From contig CAZYJU010000002.1 of the NCBI GenBank assembly GCA_964647945.1, forward strand, positions 15,327 to 53,735: a DNA stretch of 38,409 nucleotides. The letters are read 5' to 3'. Below, in pieces: positions 29,155 through 37,584 of the stretch (the first letter of the stretch is position 1; the number at the start of each line of letters is the position of its first letter). Both the position numbers and the translations under genes were made by a program. A model generated the notes under the pieces. That model did no database searches. It was not told the origin of the DNA and saw nothing but the letters and a program-made list of their open reading frames with translations. This DNA comes from an uncultured Actinomycetes bacterium (GTDB lineage: Bacteria > Actinomycetota > Actinomycetes > Nanopelagicales > Nanopelagicaceae).

Positions 29155-30251
29155 AGCGCGCCTTTCAGGGCCTCTAAAAATAACTTGTTCTCAGCCTCAT
29201 TGCCTATGGTCACCCGCAACCAACCGGGCAATCCTACATCTCGGATCAAAACCCCTGCTGCTAATAATCGCTGCCAGAGTTCTTCGGAGCTTTGTTTGAA
29301 GCCAGTAAATAAAATGAAGTTTGCATCTGATGGAATCACCTTAAGGCCAAGCTCTTTCAAATTTGAATTCATCACTTCCCTTGCGGCTATCAAATTTTTG
29401 ATTTCGCTCTGAAGTTCATCCTGGAATTGAAGCGCGACTTCTGCAGATGCCTGAGTAATTGAAGATAAGTGATACGGAAGCCTTACAAGTTGTAGCGCTG
29501 CAATCACATTCTTATCAGCTGCCAGATAGCCAAGCCTTGCGCCAGCAAAAGCAAATGCTTTGGACATGGTTCTACTCACCAAAACATTTGGATATTTCTC
29601 AATTAAGGAGATCGCAGAGATCTGACTTGAGAACTCAGCATATGCTTCATCAACAACCAAGAGTCCATTCATTGCTCTGGTTGCAGCAGCCAGTTTCTCT
29701 ATAACCGTAATTTCAACTGCCTGACCAGTTGGATTATTTGGGGTCGTTATAAAAGTTAGCGAAGGCTTCAGCTCCGCTATCTGCTTTAACGCCAAATCGA
29801 CATCTAATGAAAAATCTGCGTTTCTGGCACCTGGAACCCAAGGAACATTTGCGACGTTACTAATCAAAGGGTGCATCGAATAAGAAGGCACAAACCCCAA
29901 TGCGCTGCGACTTCCAAATGCTAGAAAAATTGATTGCAAAATCTCATTGCTACCATTAGCTGCCCAAATATTTTCTACACTTAAATTAAAGCCAGTATTC
30001 ACCCCGGCTTGTTTCATCAAATATTTGGCTAGCGCTTCCCTTAAAGAAATCGCATCGCGATCCGGATATCGATTTAACTCTGTCGCCACCTCGCCAACTC
30101 TTTTAGCAATCGCTGCAGCCAGCTCTTTTGACGGGCCATACGGGTTCTCATTGGTATTCATACGAGCATTAGCTGAAACTTGTGGTGCACCATATGGAGT
30201 AAGTGGTCTTAATTGATCTTTAAGTGGTAACCACTCTGGCCAATTACTCAT
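29151..30251 (-). CDS. hisC: Histidinol-phosphate aminotransferase
   Basis: PLP lysine in [17 protein letters not shown], and [11 protein letters not shown] chose ATG 30251 because GAGG lies 7 nt upstream, rather than the TTG at 30257. Confidence 0.92.
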   Translation of the reverse strand: MSNWPEWLPLKDQLRPLTPYGAPQVSANARMNTNENPYGPSKELAAAIAKRVGEVATELNRYPDRDAISLREALAKYLMKQAGVNTGFNLSVENIWAANGSNEILQSIFLAFGSRSALGFVPSYSMHPLISNVANVPWVPGARNADFSLDVDLALKQIAELKPSLTFITTPNNPTGQAVEITVIEKLAAATRAMNGLLVVDEAYAEFSSQISAISLIEKYPNVLVSRTMSKAFAFAGARLGYLAADKNVIAALQLVRLPYHLSSITQASAEVALQFQDELQSEIKNLIAAREVMNSNLKELGLKVIPSDANFILFTGFKQSSEELWQRLLAAGVLIRDVGLPGWLRVTIGNEAENKLFLEALKGAL

Positions 30252-31554
30252 TTTCAAACCTCGCAGTTATCGCCTCACCGTGCGCAGGTAGATCTTCAGA
30301 ATTTGCAAGCGTGATCACAGTTTCGGCAATTGCGTTGAAACTTGTTTGGTCATACTGGACGAAGTGCAGTCCACGCAAAAAGCTCTGTACAGACAATCCT
30401 GAAGAATGACAAGCACAACCACCTGTAGGCAGTACGTGATTGGAGCCCGCTGCATAATCGCCAAGCGAAACCGGTGCAAATCTACCTACAAACACAGCGC
30501 CAGCATTTCGAATGCTCTTTGCCAATTCAGTGGCATCTTTGGTTTGAATCTCAAGATGCTCCGCTGCATAAGCGTTGACAACGTCTAAGCCTTGAACCAT
30601 ATCGTCAACTAAAACTATTGCAGATTGTTGGCTGGATAGCGCAGTTGCAATTCTTTCTGAATGTTTGGTCTTAGGTACTCGCTTTCCTAGCTCCAATTCA
30701 ACTTCATCCGCCAACGCAAGAGAATCTGTAACCAGTACTGCTGCTGCAATGACATCATGCTCGGCTTGGCTAATTAGATCTGTTGCAACATCGGATGCAA
30801 TCGCGCTTTCGTCCGCCAAGATTGCAATCTCTGTAGGGCCAGCCTCTGAATCAATTCCGATCTCTCCACGAAGCGCACGTTTTGCTGCAGCCACGTAGAT
30901 ATTTCCTGGGCCAGTTACCAAATCTGCCTTCTCGCAAACTCCAGCCATTCCATAAGCAAAGAGTGCGATCGCTTGTGCTCCACCGATGGCATAAACCTCT
31001 TCGATACCAAGTAGCGCACAGGTCGCCAAGATAGTTTTATTTGGCCAACCATTGTTATCAATTTGAGGTGGTGAAGCCACCGCGATAGAAGGGACTTTGG
31101 CAATTTGCGCTGGAATCACATTCATTAAAACACTGGATGGATAAACCGCACGACCGCCTGGCACATAAAGACCAACTCGATCAACCGGCACCCATTTCTC
31201 GGTCACAGTTGCGCCAGATACAACCTCAGTAACTTTCTCACTTCTTATTTGATCCCTATGCACTTTTCTAATTCGCTCGGCAGCAATCTCAAGGGCCGTA
31301 CGAACTTTTGGATCTAATTCAAGTAGTGCCGTATCGAGTTCTGCCTTTGGTACTCGAATCTTGGTTGGAGCAACCCCATCGAATTTCTCTGCCAATTTGA
31401 TTAAGTCACTCTCAGCACCGACACGAACCTGCTCCAAAATCGGCGTAACTATTTGCATCGCAGCCATCACATCCAACTTGGCACGCGGAATCGCCTTATT
31501 GATCTCACTTTTACTTAATCGCTTGCCACGAAGATCTACTCTGCGAATCACCAC
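30244..31554 (-). CDS. hisD: Histidinol dehydrogenase
   Basis: 436 aa with SQAEHD and [15 protein letters not shown]. There are tandem GTG candidates at 31554 and 31551. Confidence 0.95.
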   Translation of the reverse strand: MVIRRVDLRGKRLSKSEINKAIPRAKLDVMAAMQIVTPILEQVRVGAESDLIKLAEKFDGVAPTKIRVPKAELDTALLELDPKVRTALEIAAERIRKVHRDQIRSEKVTEVVSGATVTEKWVPVDRVGLYVPGGRAVYPSSVLMNVIPAQIAKVPSIAVASPPQIDNNGWPNKTILATCALLGIEEVYAIGGAQAIALFAYGMAGVCEKADLVTGPGNIYVAAAKRALRGEIGIDSEAGPTEIAILADESAIASDVATDLISQAEHDVIAAAVLVTDSLALADEVELELGKRVPKTKHSERIATALSSQQSAIVLVDDMVQGLDVVNAYAAEHLEIQTKDATELAKSIRNAGAVFVGRFAPVSLGDYAAGSNHVLPTGGCACHSSGLSVQSFLRGLHFVQYDQTSFNAIAETVITLANSEDLPAHGEAITARFENE

Positions 31555-31557
31555 CCA

Positions 31558-31563
31558 ATTCTA
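31558..31563 (-). promoter_or_regulatory. Candidate -10 hexamer for the his cluster
   Basis: Minus-strand TAGAAT sits 6 nt upstream of the second GTG (31551), inside the 36-nt dnaE-hisD spacer. Confidence 0.3.
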
Positions 31564-31590
31564 CTTTAGTGGCTAGTAGTTGGTTGCTGA

Positions 31591-34500
31591 TTAATTCCTG
31601 ACGCAATCTGGCCCAAGAATCGCCTTCAAATCTGCATGCAAACTTGGTGAAGAGGTAACTTGAAAACCCAATTTATGAGTAGTTGTCTTTCCTTGATCGC
31701 TGACAACTAATTGCACCTCTCTTTTGCCAGGGTGGGTGCGTAAGGTCTCTTTGATTCTTTCAATTATCGGTTGTGTCAGCTGATTTGCATGTACGGCCAA
31801 AGTAAAAGGTCCAACGGGTCCGGTTGAGAGATCTATCGGGTTCATCTCCATGGCAGTGAAACGAAGTTGATCTTCTCGCCAATCAACGCGCCCTCTAATC
31901 TTCACTACGCGATCTTCAACTAATCCCATTGCATATTGATTGTAAGTATTTGAGAAGAACATCACGTCGATAGCACCTTCAAGGTCTTCAATTGTAACGA
32001 TCGCCCAAGATGCACCCTGTCTTGAAACTTTACGCTGCACTCCTGTAATCAAACCTGCGATCGTAACCATGCGATCGACGCCATTCTCCTCATCAGCTAA
32101 TTCAGAGATGCTGATATCCGAATTAGAGCGCAGTACACCTTCTACTCCAAGTAACGGATGATCCGATACATAAAGCCCAAGCATCTCGCGTTCATAATTT
32201 AAGAGGGTGGCTTTATCCCATTCTTCAGTTGGAATATCTAACTCAACTGTAGTAATTCCAGACTCGGTATGGCTTCCAAATAAATCAAATTGCCCAATAG
32301 CTTCTGCGCGTTTGGACTCTGCAACCGAATCGATCGCAGCCAAGTGAACTGCCATCAAGCCTTTTCTAGTTGCACCTAAGGAGTCGAAAGCGCCACCTTT
32401 AATAAGTGACTCGATGGTTTTCTTGTTGCAAACTGAGCCATCAACTTTTGCTAAGAAATCACCGAACGACGTGAAACGCCCTTTGCTCTCACGAGCCTGT
32501 TTGATCAAATTGACCACACCTTCGCCTACATTTCGAATTGCAGCTAAGCCGAATCTAATATCCGAACCACGTGGGGTGTATTCGACATTTGATTCGTTCA
32601 CATCGGGTGGCAAAACTTTTATTCCCATTCGACGACATTCGGATAGATATAAAGCGGACTTATCTTTGTCATCACGAACTGAAGTTAGAAGCGCAGCCAT
32701 ATATTCTGTTGGGTAATTAGCCTTCAAATATGCGGTCCAATAAGAGACCAACCCATATCCAGCGGAGTGGGCACGATTAAACGCATAATCTGAGAACGGA
32801 ATTAGGGTCTCCCAAAGTCGCTCGATTGCAGATTCTTTAAAGCCATTTGCTTTCATGCCTTCTGAGAACGGTATGTACTCTTTATCTAGGATCTCTTTAT
32901 TCTTCTTACCCATCGCTTTTCTTAAAAGATCTGCGCGGCCAAGTGAGAATCCAGCAACTTTCTGAGCAATCGCCATCACCTGTTCTTGATAAACAATCAA
33001 TCCAAAAGTGTCATCAAGAATCTCGGCCAAAGGCTCTTCTAGATCCGGATGGATTGGTTCGATCGGTTTACGTTTGTTCTTTCGATCGGCATAGTTATTG
33101 TGAGCATTTTCGCCCATAGGTCCAGGGCGATAAAGTGCGATAACTGCGGAGATATCACCAAAATGATCTGGCGCAAGCGATTTTAGAAGCGATCGCATCG
33201 GACCACCATCTAGTTGAAATACGCCTAAAGTCTCCCCACGAGATAACAATTCATAGGTCTTCTTATCATCAAGCGCAAGCGTTTCTAAGACTACTTCCTG
33301 ATTGAGATTTGCCTTTATATTTTCTAACGCATCATCTAATACTGATAGATTTCGAAGACCCAAGAAATCCATTTTCAATAAGCCAGTTGCTTCACATGCC
33401 CCCATATCAAACTGGGTAATGATTGCTCCGTCATTCTCACGACGATGAATCGGAATAACATCAAGCAATGGTTCGCGCGAGAGGATTACACCTGCTGCGT
33501 GGACTCCCCATTGACGTTTCAATCCTTCTAAACCACGTGCAGTGTCAACAACTTTCTTCAGCTCTGGATCAGATTCGTAGAGAGATCTAAATTCACTTGC
33601 CTCTCCGTATCTAGGATCCTTCGGATCAAAGACTCCTGCAAGCGAGATGTCTTTGCCCATAATTGAAGGCGGCAAAGCTTTTGTTAATTTCTCTCCGATG
33701 GCATATGGATAACCAAGCACTCGAGTTGAATCTTTTATAGATTGCTTTGATTTAATAGTTCCGTAGGTGATGATTTGCGCAACACGATCTTCGCCATATT
33801 TCTCGGTAGCGTATTTGATCATCTCGCCGCGCCTGCGCTCGTCGAAATCTAAATCGATATCTGGCATCGAAATACGTTCAGGATTGAGGAAGCGCTCAAA
33901 AAGTAATCCGTGTTCTATTGGATCAAGCCCTGTGATTCCGAGTGCATATGCGACTAAGGAACCGGCAGCGGAACCTCGACCTGGGCCAACTCGAATTCCG
34001 TTGCGTTTTGCATAACCAACTAAATCTGCAACCACTAAGAAATATCCAGGGAATCCCATCTTCTTCATTACATTAAGTTCAAAACGCAGACGCTCTTGAT
34101 ACTCAATTGGTACAGAACCGTTAAATAATCTGGCGAGCCCGGCCTCTGATTCTTTAACTAGCCATGAGTCTTCGCTCTCGCCATCAGGTACCGGAAACTT
34201 CGGAAGTAGGTTCTCGCCTTCACGCATAGTCACATCCACGCGCTCCGCGATCAGCAATGTATTGTCGCAAGCCTCAGGAAGATCCTTAAATAAAGTACGC
34301 ATCTCTTCAGCGCTCTTTAAATAATATTGATCACCTTCGAATCTAAAGCGCTTGGGATCAGCGATAGTGGATGCAGATTGGACGCAAAGAAGTACCTCAT
34401 GTGCTTGTGCATCCTCTTTGTATGTGTAGTGAAGGTCATTGGTGGCAAGTAAAGGAATCTGTAACTCTTTTGCCAATTTCAATAGATCTGCTTTGACGCG

Positions 34501-35130
34501 CGTTTCAATATCGATTTGGTGATCCATGATCTCGACAAAGAAATTGTCCTTGCCGAAGATATCTCTAAATTCGCTAGCTGCCTTGATTGCCTCTTTGTAA
34601 TTTCCCATTCGTAATCTGGTTTGAATCTCGCCACCGGCGCAACCGGTAGTCCCGATGATTCCCTTTCCATACTTACTTAATAGCTCGCGATCAATTCGGG
34701 GTTTGTAATAAAAGCCTTCCAGTGAAGATAGCGATGCCAATTTATATAAGTTGCCTAAGCCTTCATTATTCTCGGCAAGCAAAGTCATGTGGGTATATGC
34801 ACCGCCACCTGAGACATCATCATCCCCGCCCTCGGCCCATTGCACTCTACGTTTATCGAATCTAGTCTCTGGTGCAACGTATGCCTCAAGGCCGATGATT
34901 GGTTTGACGCCTGCGCTCTTGGCTTGCTTGTAAAAATCAAATGCGCCAAAGAGATTTCCGTGATCGGTCATGGCAATCGCGGGCATGCCCTGTGCGGCCA
35001 CCTCTTTTACTAAGTCAGCAATTCGGGCTGCGCCATCCAACATTGAATATTCAGTATGAACGTGTAAATGGGCGAAGGAACCACCAGTTTTAGATACTGA
35101 GCTAGAAACTGATGAATTATTTCCCGACAC
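31591..35130 (-). CDS. dnaE: DNA polymerase III alpha subunit, DnaE1-type
   Basis: 1179 aa. PHP domain HLHVHTEYSMLDGA, palm/fingers region and a C-terminal OB fold. GTG start without Shine-Dalgarno; TAATCT lies 8 nt upstream. Confidence 0.95.
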   Translation of the reverse strand: MSGNNSSVSSSVSKTGGSFAHLHVHTEYSMLDGAARIADLVKEVAAQGMPAIAMTDHGNLFGAFDFYKQAKSAGVKPIIGLEAYVAPETRFDKRRVQWAEGGDDDVSGGGAYTHMTLLAENNEGLGNLYKLASLSSLEGFYYKPRIDRELLSKYGKGIIGTTGCAGGEIQTRLRMGNYKEAIKAASEFRDIFGKDNFFVEIMDHQIDIETRVKADLLKLAKELQIPLLATNDLHYTYKEDAQAHEVLLCVQSASTIADPKRFRFEGDQYYLKSAEEMRTLFKDLPEACDNTLLIAERVDVTMREGENLLPKFPVPDGESEDSWLVKESEAGLARLFNGSVPIEYQERLRFELNVMKKMGFPGYFLVVADLVGYAKRNGIRVGPGRGSAAGSLVAYALGITGLDPIEHGLLFERFLNPERISMPDIDLDFDERRRGEMIKYATEKYGEDRVAQIITYGTIKSKQSIKDSTRVLGYPYAIGEKLTKALPPSIMGKDISLAGVFDPKDPRYGEASEFRSLYESDPELKKVVDTARGLEGLKRQWGVHAAGVILSREPLLDVIPIHRRENDGAIITQFDMGACEATGLLKMDFLGLRNLSVLDDALENIKANLNQEVVLETLALDDKKTYELLSRGETLGVFQLDGGPMRSLLKSLAPDHFGDISAVIALYRPGPMGENAHNNYADRKNKRKPIEPIHPDLEEPLAEILDDTFGLIVYQEQVMAIAQKVAGFSLGRADLLRKAMGKKNKEILDKEYIPFSEGMKANGFKESAIERLWETLIPFSDYAFNRAHSAGYGLVSYWTAYLKANYPTEYMAALLTSVRDDKDKSALYLSECRRMGIKVLPPDVNESNVEYTPRGSDIRFGLAAIRNVGEGVVNLIKQARESKGRFTSFGDFLAKVDGSVCNKKTIESLIKGGAFDSLGATRKGLMAVHLAAIDSVAESKRAEAIGQFDLFGSHTESGITTVELDIPTEEWDKATLLNYEREMLGLYVSDHPLLGVEGVLRSNSDISISELADEENGVDRMVTIAGLITGVQRKVSRQGASWAIVTIEDLEGAIDVMFFSNTYNQYAMGLVEDRVVKIRGRVDWREDQLRFTAMEMNPIDLSTGPVGPFTLAVHANQLTQPIIERIKETLRTHPGKREVQLVVSDQGKTTTHKLGFQVTSSPSLHADLKAILGPDCVRN

Positions 35131-35197
35131 GAGGCTGGAGATTAGTCCTTAATTCGAGGTAAATCTCTGAATTGCCAATTGGTGGCGAACATAGCTG

Positions 35198-36133
35198 CTA
35201 CGGAAGAACCGCATCGCTCAATCTTGTTAGGGAGTCGGTTAAATCACGCGGGTAACTGGCAGTGACGCTTATCGGTAAGCCTGAGAGCGGGTGGGTAAAT
35301 TCCAGGGCTTGTGCATGTAGCCATGGTCGATTAACCCCGATCTCTGCTGCCAAATTGGGATCCGCTCCGTAAGTCAGGTCACCTACCAATGGATGTCGAA
35401 TTGCGGACATATGGACTCGAATTTGATGTGTGCGTCCTGTTTCAAGTTCTAATTTAATAAGAGAAACTGATCTGTAATATTCAATAACTTCGTAATGAGT
35501 GATGCTGGGTTTTCCATCTAGAACTACAGCCATTTTGTAATCTTCTTTTGGATGTCGATCAATTGGAGCATCAATGGTGCCAATTGCTGGCTCAACATGT
35601 CCCTGCGCAAGAGCATGATAGATCTTTTTTATCTGCCGCTGTCTAAACATATCTTTCAACTTCAAGTACGCAGACTCTGTTTTAGCCACCATCATCAAGC
35701 CACTCGTTCCGACATCCAAGCGTTGAACTATTCCTTGGCGTTCTGCTGGACCACTTGAGGTAATTGGAATTCCAGCTGCGATCAGTGCACCAATAACAGT
35801 TGGCCCGTTCCAGCCGGGACTCGGATGAGCTGCACATCCAACTGGCTTGTTAACAATTACCAAATCTGTGTCTTGATAGACGATCTCCATATCCAAAGGA
35901 GTTGGTGGAATCGCTTCTCCAACTTCGTTATCCGGAAGTAAAACAGTCAACGTATGGCCACTTTCAACGCGATCGGACTTTGTCAGTGTGCGATGGCCTA
36001 ATTTGATTTCATTTGATTCTAAGAGTTTTACAATTGCACTTCTTGACAACCCGATTAAATTTGAAAGCGCGCTATCTACTCGCTCTCCATCTAATTCCTG
36101 AGGGATAGTTACCTTGATCTCTTCGCGTGACAT
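35198..36133 (-). CDS. rluD: RluA-family 23S rRNA pseudouridine synthase, RluD-like
   Basis: 311 aa. N-terminal S4-like domain and catalytic motif HRLDVGTSGLMMVAK. 1-nt overlap with lspA. Confidence 0.88.
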   Translation of the reverse strand: MSREEIKVTIPQELDGERVDSALSNLIGLSRSAIVKLLESNEIKLGHRTLTKSDRVESGHTLTVLLPDNEVGEAIPPTPLDMEIVYQDTDLVIVNKPVGCAAHPSPGWNGPTVIGALIAAGIPITSSGPAERQGIVQRLDVGTSGLMMVAKTESAYLKLKDMFRQRQIKKIYHALAQGHVEPAIGTIDAPIDRHPKEDYKMAVVLDGKPSITHYEVIEYYRSVSLIKLELETGRTHQIRVHMSAIRHPLVGDLTYGADPNLAAEIGVNRPWLHAQALEFTHPLSGLPISVTASYPRDLTDSLTRLSDAVLP

Positions 36134-36567
36134 TAGGCAACACCCTCGCGATCGCTTCCACTTGCGCCATCGATTGGTTTATTGCGATCAATGGGATTGA
36201 TATTTTTAGCCGTCAATACAAAGGCCAATATCGCTGCCAAAACGATACAGCTGTCAGCTAAGTTGAAGTTGGGCCAATTTGGAAGCTTTATCCAATCCGT
36301 AACTGGACCCCTAAAGAAACCCGGGTAGTTAAAAGCGCGATCAGTTACATTTCCGATTGCGCCACCAAGTACCATCGCAAAAGCGATAGCCCAAGGTTTA
36401 CTTGTTAAAAATGGTGCGTAATAAACCACCATGCATGAGGCGCCAATTGCGAAGATTGAGAGAAGCACTCCCCCGCCATTTGCGCCTAAACCAAATGCCG
36501 CACCCGTATTGAAAGAGAGTTGGAGTTGTAAGAATTCACCAATTATCTTTATATCTCTACCCGGCAA
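36133..36567 (-). CDS. lspA: Lipoprotein signal peptidase II, with an unresolved N-terminus
   Basis: NTGAAFG, GGAIGNVTDR and FNLADS motifs. The coordinates run from the first canonical start (TTG 36567). The conserved TM1 and DxxTK motif (WKVTFLVAWLIWLADYLTKQWAL) continue in frame upstream to at least 36642, so the true start must lie further upstream. Confidence 0.85.
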   Translation of the reverse strand: MPGRDIKIIGEFLQLQLSFNTGAAFGLGANGGGVLLSIFAIGASCMVVYYAPFLTSKPWAIAFAMVLGGAIGNVTDRAFNYPGFFRGPVTDWIKLPNWPNFNLADSCIVLAAILAFVLTAKNINPIDRNKPIDGASGSDREGVA

Positions 36568-36664
36568 ATAATCTAGCGCCCATTGTTTAGTTAAGTAATC
36601 AGCTAACCAAATCAGCCAAGCAACTAGGAATGTAACCTTCCAGTGATTGGTTCTTGCAAATCGG

Positions 36665-37507
36665 CTAACGTCGCTCTTCCTTCTGCTTGCAAGACATGCA
36701 AAGCGTCGCGCGAGGGAAGACTTCCAACCGAGCCTTTCCTATTTGGTTGCCACAGACTTCGCAAACACCGTAACTCTTGTTATCAATTCTTTCAATTGCT
36801 CTCTCGGTTTGAATCACCATATCGCGCGCATTGATCAACAAAGACATTTCATGTTCACGTTCGAAAGTTTTATTGCCAGCGTCAGCTTGATCATCGCCTG
36901 CGCCCTCGCCACCATCTTGGATCAAAGAGTCCATTTCTAATTCAACTTTTGCCAAATCGCTACGAAGCCGTTCTAAATCCTTAGAGAGCGCAATTCGCAT
37001 CGCCTTTAATTCTGTGGCGGTCCAGCTCTCTTGATCAGCAATCACCAATGGTGCAGGTGCGGCCTTTAATGGCTTTAGATGTACCTGCTTACCGCTCTTC
37101 TTTGGCGGTGGCGGTGGCGGCATCATTAATCGTTTCTCTTCGACAATCGCTTCTGCAACTTGTGTTGAAGCCATCGCAACTTGAACTGTTTGATTCTTAG
37201 TATCAACCTTCAATGTTGCTTTAGATCCAGCGATTGCCGAGGTCTTAATATTTGAATCAGGCTTCTTAACTGGCTTAACAGGTTTCGCTGCTTTAACCGG
37301 TTTCGCTGGCGCTTTTTTAGCAGGCGCTTTCTTTGCCACAACTTTCTTGGCTGGCGATTTTTTACCAGGATTCTTTGAAGGCTTTTTTGAAGGCTTTTTT
37401 GCAGCCTTCTTAGGTGCTGATTTCTTAGCTGACTTATTAACCGACTTCTTAACCGACTTCTGGGCCGATTTAGCCGCTAATTTCTTCGCAAGTTTTTTTA
37501 GTGCCAT
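36665..37507 (-). CDS. DksA/TraR-family C4 zinc-finger protein with a Lys/Ala/Pro-rich, histone-tail-like N-terminal region
   Basis: 280 aa. Residues about 1-85 are KKxA/KKPS repeats, followed by a PPPPPPKK linker, a coiled-coil segment and a C-terminal CEVCGNQIGKARLEVFPRATLCMSC (CxxC-17-CxxC). Confidence 0.8.
   Translation of the reverse strand: MALKKLAKKLAAKSAQKSVKKSVNKSAKKSAPKKAAKKPSKKPSKNPGKKSPAKKVVAKKAPAKKAPAKPVKAAKPVKPVKKPDSNIKTSAIAGSKATLKVDTKNQTVQVAMASTQVAEAIVEEKRLMMPPPPPPKKSGKQVHLKPLKAAPAPLVIADQESWTATELKAMRIALSKDLERLRSDLAKVELEMDSLIQDGGEGAGDDQADAGNKTFEREHEMSLLINARDMVIQTERAIERIDNKSYGVCEVCGNQIGKARLEVFPRATLCMSCKQKEERR
37377..37400. repeat. Direct 12-bp tandem duplication inside the Lys-rich coding region
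   Basis: GAAGGCTTTTTT occurs twice, encoding KKPS KKPS on the minus strand. Confidence 0.9.
37437..37460. repeat. Direct 12-bp tandem duplication inside the Lys-rich coding region
   Basis: TTAACCGACTTC occurs twice, encoding the KSVK/KSVN units on the minus strand. Confidence 0.9.
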
Positions 37508-37572
37508 GAGGGCGAAACTTTAATTTATTTAGAGCCTCTATAGCCAATTAGGCTCGCGATAGCGCCTTGAAT

Positions 37573-37578
37573 TAGAAT
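37573..37578 (+). promoter_or_regulatory. Candidate -10 hexamer for a leaderless ileS transcript
   Basis: TAGAAT sits exactly 6 nt upstream of the ileS ATG (37585), with no Shine-Dalgarno. The whole divergent spacer is 77 nt. Confidence 0.4.
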
Positions 37579-37584
37579 TCGCTG

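Noticed and set aside
36660-36670. Programmed frameshift fusing the DksA-like protein to LspA, or feeding lspA from the neighbouring-frame TTG
   Set aside because: A +1 shift before the TAG would be needed for a fusion, but the CGU-UAG context offers no re-pairing for the P-site tRNA. A -1 shift from the TTG frame lacks any X-XXY-YYZ slippery heptamer. An assembly indel or unusual initiation is more parsimonious.
37508-37584. T-box riboswitch upstream of ileS
   Set aside because: The spacer is only 77 nt. No GGUGGUACCGCG-like T-box sequence or specifier-loop architecture is visible; only an AATTAGG fragment and one 6-bp hairpin are present. I kept it as an absence finding rather than a feature.
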